Of a stretch of 64,000 nt of DNA, positions 7,891 through 18,044 are shown piece after piece. The position numbers were made by a program, and so were the translations under genes. The stretch lies in the NCBI GenBank assembly GCA_963677815.1, contig OY782499.1, positions 202,347 to 266,346 on the forward strand. Reading direction: 5' to 3'. Each line of letters begins with the position of its first letter. The first letter of the stretch is position 1. The notes beneath the pieces were generated by a model. It ran no database searches and was not told the origin of the DNA. It was given only the letters and a program-made list of their open reading frames with translations. Source of the DNA: Candidatus Cloacimonadales bacterium. Its GTDB lineage: Bacteria > Cloacimonadota > Cloacimonadia > Cloacimonadales > JAFGVF01.

Positions 7891-9696
7891 TTATTTATTC
7901 TTTGTGTTCAAATATTTATCGATAGCCTTGGCAGCGACATGACCGTTAGCTACCCCATTGATTACATCAGGTCCTTTTATGATATCTCCACCAACAAAAA
8001 GCCATTCTAAGGAAGATTGGTATCCTTCATTAACCTGTATTCTTCCTCTAGGACCAAACTTCAAATTTTCTCTTAAACTATCAGAAATATATGATAGATC
8101 CATTCCTTGTCCGATTGATTCAACTATCATATCAGCAGGGAAAAACTTCTTCTTGTCTGTATCGAATTTTGGATTAAAAACTCCAGATTCATCGAATACT
8201 GATAAACATTTAACAAGATGTAAGCCTTTTATCTTATTATCTACTATTTCTATTTCTTGTGGGCCCCAACCTGGTTCAATGATAGCTTTTTCTTCTCTTG
8301 ATTCTACTATTTCTTCCCTATCAGCAGGCATAATATCTTCTGTTTCAAGACTGGTAGTAGTGATATCAACTTTGCCATACTTCTGATTTTGCAGTCTAGC
8401 TAAAGTTCTAGTAATATCCATAGCCACATTACCACCTCCGATTACTACTATCTTCTTACCAACAGGAATATTTTCTCCAAGAGTGAATTGTCTTAGTAAA
8501 TCTGTAGCGAAATAGACTTCAGGATTATCCGAACCGGGTATTTTTGTAGATCTTCCTAAATGAAGACCAGTTGCAGCATATACAGCAGAATAATCTTGAT
8601 GAAGTTCTTCTAAACTTATATCCTGACCAATACGGGTGTTAAACTGAATTTCTACTCCTAAAGATTTTATGTAATCTATATCTTTATTGATTTGATCATA
8701 AGGAAGTCTGTATTCAGGGATACCATAGCGCATCATACCACCAGAATCAGGTAAAGCTTCGAATATTTTTACCTTGTAGCCTAAAATCGCCAAATAATAG
8801 GCTGCTGAGAGTCCAGAAGGACCTGCTCCGATTACAGCAATTTTATGATTTAGTTTTGGATCAGCAAGATGTTCTGAGCCTAGTACTTCCTGGTATTTCT
8901 CTGCAGGAATTTGATCCGCTATATAACGTTTCAACCAACGTATAGCAATGGGATCACCATTATTATGTAAGGCACAAGCTGTCTCACATTTATGGGTACA
9001 AATTCTCCCACATATTTCAGGAAGAGGATTGGTTTCATAGAGAATCCTAAAAGCTTCTTCTATGTTATCTTCTCTAAGTGCTGCTATATAAGCAGGAATA
9101 TCCATGTGAGCAGGACATGTTGCAGTACATAATCCACATTCTAAACATCTGTCAGCTTCAAGCAATGCTTGTTCTTTATTATAGCCTTTGATAATTTCTA
9201 TAAATGATTTATCTCTTGCATCAGGGGCTAATTCGTCCATCTCAATTCTATCAAATTTAATAAGAGCAATATCTTCAGATCTAGCATAACCCTTTTCATC
9301 ATCTTGCCACTTAGTTTTATCAGCTCCAGGAGTGAATCTAAAGACTTCTGGGTCATCATCAATCCAAATGTATTCATTCGACATTGTTAAAGCCCCTGTA
9401 GGGCAAATATCTACACATAAGGCACACCAACAACATCTACCGTAATCTATACGTGGACGTAAGCCACTATTACCATCTGTAACTTCTTGTCCAGCTACTG
9501 CCACTAAATCAATTGCTGCATTCTGACAAATCTCTTCACAAGAACCACAGCCTATACATTTGGTAAAATCATTTTGGTGAAAACCTCGATAATTATCAGC
9601 ACCAGGTCTATCTTTTATAGGGTCTTTAACTGTCCAAGGTTCTTCAGCAATTCTCTTCCAAATAGTTAATGGTTGAATAATATCTTTTAATTTCAT
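7891..9696 (-). CDS. fusion protein: NuoI/MbxN-like 2x[4Fe-4S] ferredoxin + GltD/SudA-like FAD/NAD(P)H oxidoreductase (last gene of Mbx-type operon)
   Basis: The N-terminus has two ferredoxin motifs (CIGCGSCEEICQ, CCWCALCVDICP). Two further Cys clusters follow (CLECGLCTATCP, CGRICTHKCETAC) as in GltD. A Rossmann motif IAVIGAGPSGLSAAYYL and a second motif VVIGGGNVAMD are present. Its start lies 2 nt after the stop of the NuoD-like gene. Confidence 0.85.
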   Translation of the reverse strand: MKLKDIIQPLTIWKRIAEEPWTVKDPIKDRPGADNYRGFHQNDFTKCIGCGSCEEICQNAAIDLVAVAGQEVTDGNSGLRPRIDYGRCCWCALCVDICPTGALTMSNEYIWIDDDPEVFRFTPGADKTKWQDDEKGYARSEDIALIKFDRIEMDELAPDARDKSFIEIIKGYNKEQALLEADRCLECGLCTATCPAHMDIPAYIAALREDNIEEAFRILYETNPLPEICGRICTHKCETACALHNNGDPIAIRWLKRYIADQIPAEKYQEVLGSEHLADPKLNHKIAVIGAGPSGLSAAYYLAILGYKVKIFEALPDSGGMMRYGIPEYRLPYDQINKDIDYIKSLGVEIQFNTRIGQDISLEELHQDYSAVYAATGLHLGRSTKIPGSDNPEVYFATDLLRQFTLGENIPVGKKIVVIGGGNVAMDITRTLARLQNQKYGKVDITTTSLETEDIMPADREEIVESREEKAIIEPGWGPQEIEIVDNKIKGLHLVKCLSVFDESGVFNPKFDTDKKKFFPADMIVESIGQGMDLSYISDSLRENLKFGPRGRIQVNEGYQSSLEWLFVGGDIIKGPDVINGVANGHVAAKAIDKYLNTKNK

Positions 9697-9698
9697 TT

Positions 9699-10901
9699 TT
9701 ACCTCTCAATCTCAGGTGGGCAAGTGTGAAGAGAAACCATCAAGGCTGCTAAATCTGAAATCGTGATATTAACAGCCAACTTTTCTAATACCGATATTGC
9801 GTGGGTATAGCTAGCACCTCTTGCAAAAACTCTTCTAGGATATTTGCTTCCATCAGATACCATATAAAAACCATGTTCACCTCTAGTAGACTCAGCTTTA
9901 ATATAAGTTTGGCCAGCAGGTATTTTCCAATGAAGAACATTTGGTAATTTTGTCTGGATTTCTCCCTTCTCAGGTATTTTATTTATTATTTGTTTTACTA
10001 AACTTAGACTTTGCAAAAGTTCTTGCAAACGAAGTTCTGCTCTGTCATAAGCATCGCCAATATTCGAAGTTAACATTTTAAAAGTTAACTCTGGGTATTT
10101 GAGATAAGGTTGATTTATTCTAATATCATCGGCTATACCAGAAGCTCTAGCTGTAGGTCCAACAATACCATATTCACTTACCATCTCTTTAGTAATGATT
10201 CCTAAACCTTTTAATCTAGCTTTAGTAATTGCATTATTAAAGAAGACTCTTTCAATATCATCAAGTAACTTGTAAGTTCTATCTACTGTTTTGAGCACTC
10301 TTTCTTTAAAGCCTTGAGGAAGGTCTTTTCTCACTCCTCCAGGTATCATATACATGTGGTAAATTCTTCCCCCAGTCATTTCTTCAAACAAATCTAACCA
10401 GTAGTCCCTCATAGCAACTGTCCACTGACCTATGGCCCCCATACCTAATGAACCAGCCTGTCCTCCTAACCACATTAGAAAACCAGCGACTCTAGACATT
10501 TCTAGGTTCAAGGTTCTTAACCAAGAAGCCTTTTCAGGAATTACTATTCCTGCTAAATCTTCCATAGCTGCAGAGACACAATATTCATTAGTATCAGGTT
10601 CTGGTACGCAGATTCTACATACTATAGGAAAACATTGTATGTATCTTCTTCTCTCCATCAATTTTTCAAAACCTCTATGCAGATAGCCAACATGTGTTTT
10701 AGCATCTACTATTTCATCGCCATTGACAAGAATTTCAACAGACATATTTCCTGTTACACCAGGGTGTTGAGGACCTTGCCAAATCTTAGTAAATTTATGA
10801 GATTCTAAATCTATTACAGGCTTCCCATCCTCCATCTGAGGATATTTAGATCTATCTGCAATATAATCTTTGTACTTGCTTTCAGATACTTTACTCATCA
10901 T
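9699..10901 (-). CDS. NuoD / group-4 [NiFe]-hydrogenase large-subunit homologue, Mbx/MBS 'L'-type (incomplete NiFe cysteine set)
   Basis: 400 aa with NuoD/MbhL-like sequence. At the position of R-x-C-G-x-C it reads R-I-C-V-P-E. At the C-terminal D-P-C-x-x-C position it reads H-T-C-P-P-E-I-E-R, so only the first Cys of each pair is kept. Confidence 0.85.
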   Translation of the reverse strand: MMSKVSESKYKDYIADRSKYPQMEDGKPVIDLESHKFTKIWQGPQHPGVTGNMSVEILVNGDEIVDAKTHVGYLHRGFEKLMERRRYIQCFPIVCRICVPEPDTNEYCVSAAMEDLAGIVIPEKASWLRTLNLEMSRVAGFLMWLGGQAGSLGMGAIGQWTVAMRDYWLDLFEEMTGGRIYHMYMIPGGVRKDLPQGFKERVLKTVDRTYKLLDDIERVFFNNAITKARLKGLGIITKEMVSEYGIVGPTARASGIADDIRINQPYLKYPELTFKMLTSNIGDAYDRAELRLQELLQSLSLVKQIINKIPEKGEIQTKLPNVLHWKIPAGQTYIKAESTRGEHGFYMVSDGSKYPRRVFARGASYTHAISVLEKLAVNITISDLAALMVSLHTCPPEIER

Positions 10902-11451
10902 CCCTCCTTATCTTTGGAGCTTGTGGGAAATTAGGATATTTTACTTTCTGCATTTGTTCTTTAGGGTCATTTGTTTCTCGACCTGGACGCTGATAATAAG
11001 TCTTTTGAGAATACTCTAATGTATCAAAATCTCTTCTCATTGGTGGCATTTCGTCCCAGCTTTCCATTATGAATGGTTCTGAAACCCTTGGAGAATTTGG
11101 GAAATCTATACCAAACATTTCATAGAGCTCTCTCTGATATTGCCAAGCATGAGCCCATAAAGTATGAATGGAATGCATAGAAGCTTGCTGTCTATCAATA
11201 AACACATTGATAGCTAAATTAACCTTCAAGTCATAATTATAAACCATGTATGTGAGCATAAATTTATTATCTTCCAGATAATCAACAGCTTGAAGAAAAG
11301 CCAAATGTTTGAAAGCAAGTTGATTTTTTAAATAAGATAAAGCTATTACCAATTGCTCTCTATCTACAGTGATAAAAACAAGATCTGGATGTTTCTCAAC
11401 TATATTTTTCACTTTTACCATTTTACTTAATTCATTAATTATATTTTTCAT
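10891..11451 (-). CDS. NuoC / MbxK-like 30-kDa subunit
   Basis: Size (186 aa) and its position between the NuoB-like and NuoD-like genes fit. NuoC-like core reads YLKNQLAFKHLAFLQAVDY...RELYEMFGIDF. RBS is AGGAG. Confidence 0.8.
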   Translation of the reverse strand: MKNIINELSKMVKVKNIVEKHPDLVFITVDREQLVIALSYLKNQLAFKHLAFLQAVDYLEDNKFMLTYMVYNYDLKVNLAINVFIDRQQASMHSIHTLWAHAWQYQRELYEMFGIDFPNSPRVSEPFIMESWDEMPPMRRDFDTLEYSQKTYYQRPGRETNDPKEQMQKVKYPNFPQAPKIRRDDE

Positions 11452-11459
11452 AGTAACTC

Positions 11460-12101
11460 CTACCAGTTGTAGTCTGGCATATTCCAGTCTTTGATTATCT
11501 TCTTTTGATTAGCCTTGTACCAATCAAAATTATCAGCATACTTATTCATCCCATCACATTCACCTGCTTGAATCTTCTGCTTGAGTCCATTGAAACCAGC
11601 TATCAAGGCTTCAGGTCTAGGCATACAGCCTGTAACATAAATATCTACCGGTATGTAGTAATCTATTCTATTAATCGTGTTATAAGAATCATAATACATA
11701 CCGCCATTGATAGTACATGAGCCCAGGGCAATTACATATTTAGGTCCTTGCATTTGTTCATAAGATCTAATTATTCTCTTGATAGTTTTCAAGGAAGCAT
11801 AGCCTCCAATAATGAAGACATTTGCTTGCCGAGGGGTAGGTCTGCCTGCTATACCATAGCGAAAGGCATCAAATCTTGCTGTCATCAAGGGTCTTAATTC
11901 AATAGCTCCACAACCAGTTCCGTAGGCCAATATCCAGAGAGATCTAGCTCTTGCCCAATTAAGGAATTGTTCTAAGTATTTATTAAGTGGCTCTATCCTA
12001 GAAGGTCTGTCATTAGCAAATAAATCTCTTTCATACTCTGGAAGTCCTTCATTAGCTAATTTCATTTCTTTTTCTATTTCTTTTATATCTTTTTCTTTCA
12101 T
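11460..12101 (-). CDS. NuoB / MbxJ-like [4Fe-4S] small subunit
   Basis: NuoB-type motifs are present: GTGCGAIE, GSCTINGGMYY and GCMPRPE. Confidence 0.85.
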   Translation of the reverse strand: MKEKDIKEIEKEMKLANEGLPEYERDLFANDRPSRIEPLNKYLEQFLNWARARSLWILAYGTGCGAIELRPLMTARFDAFRYGIAGRPTPRQANVFIIGGYASLKTIKRIIRSYEQMQGPKYVIALGSCTINGGMYYDSYNTINRIDYYIPVDIYVTGCMPRPEALIAGFNGLKQKIQAGECDGMNKYADNFDWYKANQKKIIKDWNMPDYNW

Positions 12102-12110
12102 TTCAACTCC

Positions 12111-13022
12111 TTAAAAGTAGGCGATAAATAGGACTGATAAAATTCCTATTAAGGTTGGTATTCTTAAAAAGAACCTAAATGATTGTTCTGGTCTAAATCT
12201 AGGGAAAGCAGCTCCTACAAAAACTGAGAAGAGATAGATACAGAAGGTTTTTAGCATCATCACAGGTAAATTAGTAGCTCCACCAAAGAAGAGGTTCATA
12301 AAGAGAACTAATTTAGCTGAAGCAAAGAGGGCTCTGTTTGTCTGTAGAGTTCCCAAAAAGCTACCATTCATCTCGATTGGAGGACCAATTGGTATCTCTT
12401 GAGGTGCTAAGACTAAAGAAAAAGGTGAATGCATATTCATCCCTAAGAGAGAAATCATAGCAGCTATAACAGCTAGAGGGTTAGTAAAGAGAGTCCAATT
12501 TAAGAAAGAACCTTGTTGAGCTGCAACAATAGTAGTTATATTCAAAGTTTGATACTGAATAGCTATGGATATTACTGCTAAAGAGAAAGGTAGTTCAAAA
12601 GTTGACATCTGAGCTAAACCCCTTGCAATACCAAGAGGTGAATAGGGATGTCCCCCTTCTCCAGCACCTAAAGCCATACCTAATTGTCCAAAGAAAATGA
12701 AATACATAACAAGGAGTAAATCCCCAGCCATGGAATAATTACTAAAGACAACTGAACCAAAGATAACTGGAATAAATAGATAGGTTCCCATCCCCCCAGC
12801 TAATCTAAAAACAGGTCCTAGGAAGTACATATATCCGTGAGAAATAGCAACTTTTCTCCCATGAGTCTGAATTATATCTAATAGTGGTTGCCATACCGGA
12901 GGTCCTATCCTCCTATGCACTCTGGCATATATTTTATGAACAAGACCTACTAAGAATATTCCATAAAGAGTTGCAACTAGTATAGAAATAACAGCATATA
13001 CCATTTTAATAAAAATATCCAT
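12111..13022 (-). CDS. NuoH / MbxM-like integral membrane subunit
   Basis: 303 aa polytopic membrane protein placed between the antiporter-like genes and the NuoB-like gene. The N-terminal RRIGPP...QP motif is typical of NuoH/HycD/MbhM. Confidence 0.8.
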   Translation of the reverse strand: MDIFIKMVYAVISILVATLYGIFLVGLVHKIYARVHRRIGPPVWQPLLDIIQTHGRKVAISHGYMYFLGPVFRLAGGMGTYLFIPVIFGSVVFSNYSMAGDLLLVMYFIFFGQLGMALGAGEGGHPYSPLGIARGLAQMSTFELPFSLAVISIAIQYQTLNITTIVAAQQGSFLNWTLFTNPLAVIAAMISLLGMNMHSPFSLVLAPQEIPIGPPIEMNGSFLGTLQTNRALFASAKLVLFMNLFFGGATNLPVMMLKTFCIYLFSVFVGAAFPRFRPEQSFRFFLRIPTLIGILSVLFIAYF

Positions 13023-13025
13023 AAC

Positions 13026-16000
13026 TTACACTCCTAAGAAAAATACTATTACGAAGAAAAGAATTATATGTAACAAGTAAGTTTGGCCATTACCTGAATA
13101 GATTCTTCTTGTTACATCAGCTAAGGTATGGGCCCACTCAGCTGTTCCATGCCAGAAGTCCCAAATACGAGGTTTTCCCCATGAACCAAGAGCTTTACGA
13201 TAATGAGCAAACATATTATGAGCAACATGAGTTGTTTGAGGAGTATGAGGTCTTTCTCCAGCATAAACAATATTAAATTGTTTCACTTTGGTTATCTTTC
13301 CTATATAGAGTATCAAGAAAAATAATGGAACTATAAAGACACCCATAGTAACTAACATAATCAAATTACCGTTCCAGTGTCCATAAGGACTATATACATT
13401 ATATCCATCTATAACAATATTAGAATTGAAATACTGCTGTGCCATAGCACTTAAAGGTCTTATAAGTAAATTAGGGAAGGTAGAAAGAATCATTATTGCA
13501 CCAATATAGATATATTGTGGAATAATAAACCAAATTGGAGCTTCCTTAACATCTTTGTGTTGGTGTTTGGCTTGTCCAAGAAATACACTATGAATCAACC
13601 TGTATAAATAGAGGAAACTCACTGCAGAGGCAAAGAATAAAACTCCTGCCTGTAAGTACCAACCCCTTTCAATAAAGGAGGAATACATTAGCCACTTAGA
13701 CCCAAAACCTGATAAAGGTGGAACACCTGAAACTGCAATAATCGAAATTAGAACACTTATGAAAGATAAAGGCATTTTCTTAATTAAGCCCCCCATTTCA
13801 TACATATTACGTGTATGTGTTCTGTAGTAAATACCAGCAATAGCTATAAATAGTGCTGATTTAAACATCATGTGATTAAGCGATAGATAAAAGGCAGAAA
13901 CCCAACCTAAATGACTAAGCATGGATGCTGCACCAATTATATATCCAACCTGACTCATACTTGAATAAGCTAATAAGCGTTTAACATCTTCTTGGAAAGC
14001 AGCAAGGAAGGCACCTACAAGAGCTGTAAATACCCCTATCCAACCAATCCAGTAATAGATATCAAATTTAGGGAAACTTGAAACAGCTGATATTGCTACT
14101 AAAATAAATCCCCAGATACCTGCTTTTAAGAGAATAGCAGAAATAAAAGATGAGACATCAGCTTCTGCTTCTGCATGAGCTTCAGGTAACCATACATGGA
14201 GACCTAGCAGACCAGATTTAACCATAAATCCTAGTGATAACATTATTATTGAGATTAGAGGAAGATCTATCTGACTCATACTTGTAATTAGTGGAGAAGT
14301 ACTTATTAATTGAGGTGCAAAAGCAAAACCTGTAATCATTAATAAAGCACCTGCCATTGAGAATAAGAGATACATTAATGAAGCTTTACTAGCCTTCTTT
14401 CCTCTAAGTATTAACAGAAATGATGAAATAGTCATTAACTCCCAAGAAAAGAAAAACTCGAGATAAGAAGTAGCTACCAAGAGATTTCCAAAAGATAAAA
14501 TCATCATTAAAAGCAATCCATAAAATCCTACACTTATATCTTTTCTATTAAGAGTTGAGATTATGTTTATACCTGAGCCAATTATGAAAATTACTCCAAA
14601 TAATATTTGAATAGGATTACTTAAATCAAAATAATTATATAAATAATAAGCAAATCCAGTCACTGCTCCTAAGGAAATAAAGCCCTTAATCTTACTTGGT
14701 AAGAAATCAAGACTTAGCATTATAAATAGAGCCAGTAATGGAAGCTTAATTACAAGATTGCTAGGGAAGTAATATGCAAAGAAAGTTAAAGCTACAGGAA
14801 TAGTAATTATCCCTAACAAGATTAAAACTAAACGCTGATTTCCTGTATATATCTGACTATAACCTAGAGTATTATTTGTATTAGACTTAACTATATTTAT
14901 AAACCATCTAAACAAATAAACAATTTCAAATAATGAGCCAAGCAAAATCATTACTAAGACAAAATAATTATTAGCAGTTACTAAAGCACGAATAAATTCC
15001 CATTTTGCCCAAAATCCTGCAAAAGGAGGTAGTCCTGATAAAGCAAAAATTAGGAGCCCAAAAATAAGTAACAATATTTTATTACTTTTTAGAGCATCCC
15101 AGTCTTTCATTCGTTCATTGTTAACAATTCCACTTAGCCAAAAGAGTCCAGTTTTAGCTAATAGATGATTCAGGAAAAATCCACCCACTATTAACATTCT
15201 TATCTCATTATTTAATCCTTTGGTAAAGATTAAAGAAGCTAGCAGGAGGCCTATTTGACCGATAGAAGAGTAACCAAGTAACCTTTGACTATTCTTTTGC
15301 ATTAAACCCATTAGATTAGATAGTAAGAAAGTCAGGCCAGCTATAATACCAAAAACTTGGAGAAGATTACTAGGTATCAAAGCTAGTATTTTATGGAACA
15401 TAAAGAGAATTCCAGCTGAATTAACCACAGAAATTATTGCGGCCATTCCTGGATGAGTGCTTTCATAAACATCTAAAGCCCAGCCATTAACAGGGAAAGT
15501 TTTTAATTCTATCATTAATCCTATAGCTAATAAGTAAATAGCTATCACCTTGTAACCAGTAAAAGATACTGTTATAAATTCAAGATTTAGAGTTCCTGTA
15601 AAGAAATAAATAAATACAACTCCTAGAAGATAAAATATAGAAGCAATTCCACTAGCTAACATGTACTTGAAAGCAGATGATAATGAATTTTCACCTCTAC
15701 CTAAAGTTACTAAAGCAACAGTAGAAATTGAAATTATTTCTAAAAAGACAAATGAATTAAACAAGTCTCTTGTTAAAACAATACCATTAACCCCCATTAT
15801 CATTATTAAATAGAGAATCATAGAAGAAATTGAATCATTCTCAAATGATTTCCCTAAATAAATTGCAGTAAGAAAAGCGATAAAATTAACAGCTACTAAA
15901 ATTATCGATTCAGTTATGCTAACCCTAAAATTAATTGATAATGGAGCAATAAAACCTGCTGTATCAAAGACAAGTTTATCAATTCCTGAAACAATTATTT

Positions 16001-16148
16001 TTTGAATCCAACTTGCTGAAATTACTAAATTGCTGGCTAACAAGCCCAAGAAAATAGAATAAGATAACTTTCTATTTACTTTATCAAGAAGCGGTAAGAT
16101 AAAAGCAGTCAGTAAAGATAATATGATTATATATAGAGGGTTTACCAT
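13026..16148 (-). CDS. fused double MrpD/NuoM/NuoN-type antiporter-like subunit (MbxH-H' equivalent)
   Basis: 1040 aa and extremely hydrophobic. Two antiporter-like modules are present: the first has GWALDVYESTHPGMAAI and the second has the canonical HVWLPEAHAEA motif. Each is followed by a LLAYSS(I/M)(G/S)Q(I/V)G motif. Confidence 0.8.
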   Translation of the reverse strand: MVNPLYIIILSLLTAFILPLLDKVNRKLSYSIFLGLLASNLVISASWIQKIIVSGIDKLVFDTAGFIAPLSINFRVSITESIILVAVNFIAFLTAIYLGKSFENDSISSMILYLIMIMGVNGIVLTRDLFNSFVFLEIISISTVALVTLGRGENSLSSAFKYMLASGIASIFYLLGVVFIYFFTGTLNLEFITVSFTGYKVIAIYLLAIGLMIELKTFPVNGWALDVYESTHPGMAAIISVVNSAGILFMFHKILALIPSNLLQVFGIIAGLTFLLSNLMGLMQKNSQRLLGYSSIGQIGLLLASLIFTKGLNNEIRMLIVGGFFLNHLLAKTGLFWLSGIVNNERMKDWDALKSNKILLLIFGLLIFALSGLPPFAGFWAKWEFIRALVTANNYFVLVMILLGSLFEIVYLFRWFINIVKSNTNNTLGYSQIYTGNQRLVLILLGIITIPVALTFFAYYFPSNLVIKLPLLALFIMLSLDFLPSKIKGFISLGAVTGFAYYLYNYFDLSNPIQILFGVIFIIGSGINIISTLNRKDISVGFYGLLLMMILSFGNLLVATSYLEFFFSWELMTISSFLLILRGKKASKASLMYLLFSMAGALLMITGFAFAPQLISTSPLITSMSQIDLPLISIIMLSLGFMVKSGLLGLHVWLPEAHAEAEADVSSFISAILLKAGIWGFILVAISAVSSFPKFDIYYWIGWIGVFTALVGAFLAAFQEDVKRLLAYSSMSQVGYIIGAASMLSHLGWVSAFYLSLNHMMFKSALFIAIAGIYYRTHTRNMYEMGGLIKKMPLSFISVLISIIAVSGVPPLSGFGSKWLMYSSFIERGWYLQAGVLFFASAVSFLYLYRLIHSVFLGQAKHQHKDVKEAPIWFIIPQYIYIGAIMILSTFPNLLIRPLSAMAQQYFNSNIVIDGYNVYSPYGHWNGNLIMLVTMGVFIVPLFFLILYIGKITKVKQFNIVYAGERPHTPQTTHVAHNMFAHYRKALGSWGKPRIWDFWHGTAEWAHTLADVTRRIYSGNGQTYLLHIILFFVIVFFLGV

Positions 16149-16495
16149 TTTAACTCCTTGTAGTCATCTATAGAAAAAGATGACTTTTTCTTATACATCT
16201 CTGAAGCAAATACTAGCATCAAAGCTGTTGTTGCTAACCCTATAACTATGGCTGTTAATACCAAAGCAGAAGGAATAGGGTCAATCACTTCTTGGATTGA
16301 TTTAGTGATTTCAACTGAACTATCCAAAATAGGAGCAGTTCTTCCTCTGATATAACCTAGAGATACAATTATTATATGTATGCCTGTATCAGCAATCGAG
16401 AAACCTAATATGATTTTAATTATATTTTTACGGGATAACATGGTGTAAATACCTAAAATTACCAAAATAAAACCTAAGATTAATGTCACAGTCAT
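16142..16495 (-). CDS. MrpC/MnhC/NuoK-like small membrane subunit
   Basis: 117 aa with three predicted TM helices, in an operon position equivalent to MbxG/MrpC. It overlaps neighbours by 4-7 nt. Confidence 0.7.
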   Translation of the reverse strand: MTVTLILGFILVILGIYTMLSRKNIIKIILGFSIADTGIHIIIVSLGYIRGRTAPILDSSVEITKSIQEVIDPIPSALVLTAIVIGLATTALMLVFASEMYKKKSSFSIDDYKELKW

Positions 16496-17202
16496 CTTTC
16501 CCCCTTCTTCAATCTTTCTGAAGATGTCTCACTCCCCATAGTATCAATTATGTTTGTTAACTCAGCACCTACTTTGAAACCTATGAGAGAATATACTAAT
16601 GGAATAGCTCCAGCAGAGAAAATCTTTCCATACTGTCCAAGAGGTAAGAGACTAGGATTAAGGAAACCTAAAGTTAAAACAAGCCCTATTAATCCAATAA
16701 CTACATAGGCAAAACCTGAGATTGATTCTACAATATTTAGTATTATATGACTCAGAGTAAAATCTAAATCGGATAAAATTAAAAGAAGGAAACCTGAAGC
16801 AATTACAACTCCACCTTGGAAACCTCCCCCAGGGCTCAAATGTCCATGAGTAAAGATATAAATCCCCAGTACCATAATTAAACTTACAAGAAATGAAGAA
16901 CTTGTTTTTATGTTCTCAGAAACATCTCTTTTCTTCCCTTTTCTTCTTTTATTTTGTAGCAAATATCCAACTCCTAAAGTAGCAAGAAATAGTACTGTAA
17001 CTTCCCCCAGGGTATCTAAACCACGATATGTAACGACTATGGAAGTAACTACATTTGGGCTATTAAGCTCTACCACTGAACCTTCAACATAACTTGTAGC
17101 CAAAGGATTAAGAGAATCTTGACCTTGAAAGTTCTCAATGAAAGGTATGAATACTATTATAAGGCCTATTATTCCTAGGACAGCTAAAATTTTATTTATC
17201 AT
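16492..17202 (-). CDS. MrpB/MnhB-like membrane subunit
   Basis: MnhB signature V..IVVTYRGLDTLGEVTVL is present, with multiple TM helices. Confidence 0.75.
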   Translation of the reverse strand: MINKILAVLGIIGLIIVFIPFIENFQGQDSLNPLATSYVEGSVVELNSPNVVTSIVVTYRGLDTLGEVTVLFLATLGVGYLLQNKRRKGKKRDVSENIKTSSSFLVSLIMVLGIYIFTHGHLSPGGGFQGGVVIASGFLLLILSDLDFTLSHIILNIVESISGFAYVVIGLIGLVLTLGFLNPSLLPLGQYGKIFSAGAIPLVYSLIGFKVGAELTNIIDTMGSETSSERLKKGER

Positions 17203-17443
17203 CTTCTTCCCCCTTACGCATCCTATTTAAGGCATATAGGAAGACAACTGTAGTCAAAGCAGAACCAATTGAAGCTTCAGTCATAGCTACATCTGGAGAG
17301 CCTAACAGTAGATATATTAAAGAAGCTAACAAGCTTACTACTCCTGCTGAGATAATAGCTGAAACTAAATTTTTCTGAAAAATAGTATATATGGCAGCTA
17401 AAATCATTATGATAGCTAAAGCAATTATTATAAATAAAGTCAT
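17192..17443 (-). CDS. small MrpA-C-terminal/MbhD-like (DUF4040-type) membrane subunit
   Basis: 83 aa and hydrophobic. The motif GSPDVAMTEASIGSALTT resembles the DUF4040/MnhB N-terminal region. Confidence 0.6.
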   Translation of the reverse strand: MTLFIIIALAIIMILAAIYTIFQKNLVSAIISAGVVSLLASLIYLLLGSPDVAMTEASIGSALTTVVFLYALNRMRKGEEDDK

Positions 17444-17784
17444 TGATTACCTCCTGTTAGCTTTTCATCATCATCTTTTAACTCATCTTTAAGTGACATT
17501 TTTGCTAACTTGATTCCAGAATAATGGGCAGCTCTAGCTATTACATTTGAAGAAACAGGATTTGTAGCAATTACAAATAAAATAATTATAGCTATCTTTC
17601 CGCACCAAGCTGAACCAAAATTTGCTAACCCTATACCAATGGAAAACAGGATTGTTCCTAGGGTTGTGGCTTTAGTTCCAGCCTGCATTCTGTTATATAC
17701 ATCTGGCATTCTCAACACACCTAGAGCTCCTAAAAAAAGAAAAAGTGAGCCAAGAAGAGTGATTATTGCAGAAAATAATTCCAT
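17440..17784 (-). CDS. MrpG/MnhG-like antiporter subunit
   Basis: The MnhG-type motif GALGVLRMPDVYNRMQAGTKATTLG is present. Confidence 0.8.
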   Translation of the reverse strand: MELFSAIITLLGSLFLFLGALGVLRMPDVYNRMQAGTKATTLGTILFSIGIGLANFGSAWCGKIAIIILFVIATNPVSSNVIARAAHYSGIKLAKMSLKDELKDDDEKLTGGNQ

Positions 17785-18044
17785 TATAACCCCCTCTCTA
17801 AATATCTGGCAAAAGCAACAACACCAATAAAGCTAACTAATCCATAAACAATGGCAACATCCAGGTAAATGATCCGTTGAGCTAGATGGGAAATAAAGAC
17901 TATCAATGATATTGAGATAATAGTCATAGCATCCAAAGCAACTATTCTATCTGCTAAAGTAGGACCTTTAAATAATCTTATTAGAACCAAAAATAAGCTT
18001 AAAATAATTAATCCTGCAGAAATTTGATATAATAAATTAACCAA
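17784..18044 (-). CDS. MrpF/MnhF-like antiporter subunit
   Basis: 86 aa, with the MnhF-type motif LFKGPTLADRIVALD. Confidence 0.8.
   Translation of the reverse strand: MVNLLYQISAGLIILSLFLVLIRLFKGPTLADRIVALDAMTIISISLIVFISHLAQRIIYLDVAIVYGLVSFIGVVAFARYLERGL

Noticed and set aside
7655-8010. ORFs 7655-7942 and 7756-8010, with the repeated peptide SYELKGDCLLSPVFSTTPLKR.
   Set aside because: The repetition simply reflects the 63-bp tandem DNA repeat. Two overlapping frames are both open, there is no RBS, and the frames run into the 3' end of the convergent NuoI-GltD gene.
9699-10901. Calling the 400-aa protein a [NiFe] hydrogenase large subunit, and the operon an H2-evolving Mbh/Ech hydrogenase.
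   Set aside because: The second Cys of both CxxC metal-binding motifs is replaced (RICVPE; HTCPPEIER), and the gene order matches Mbx rather than Mbh. It is called an Mbx/MBS-like homologue instead.
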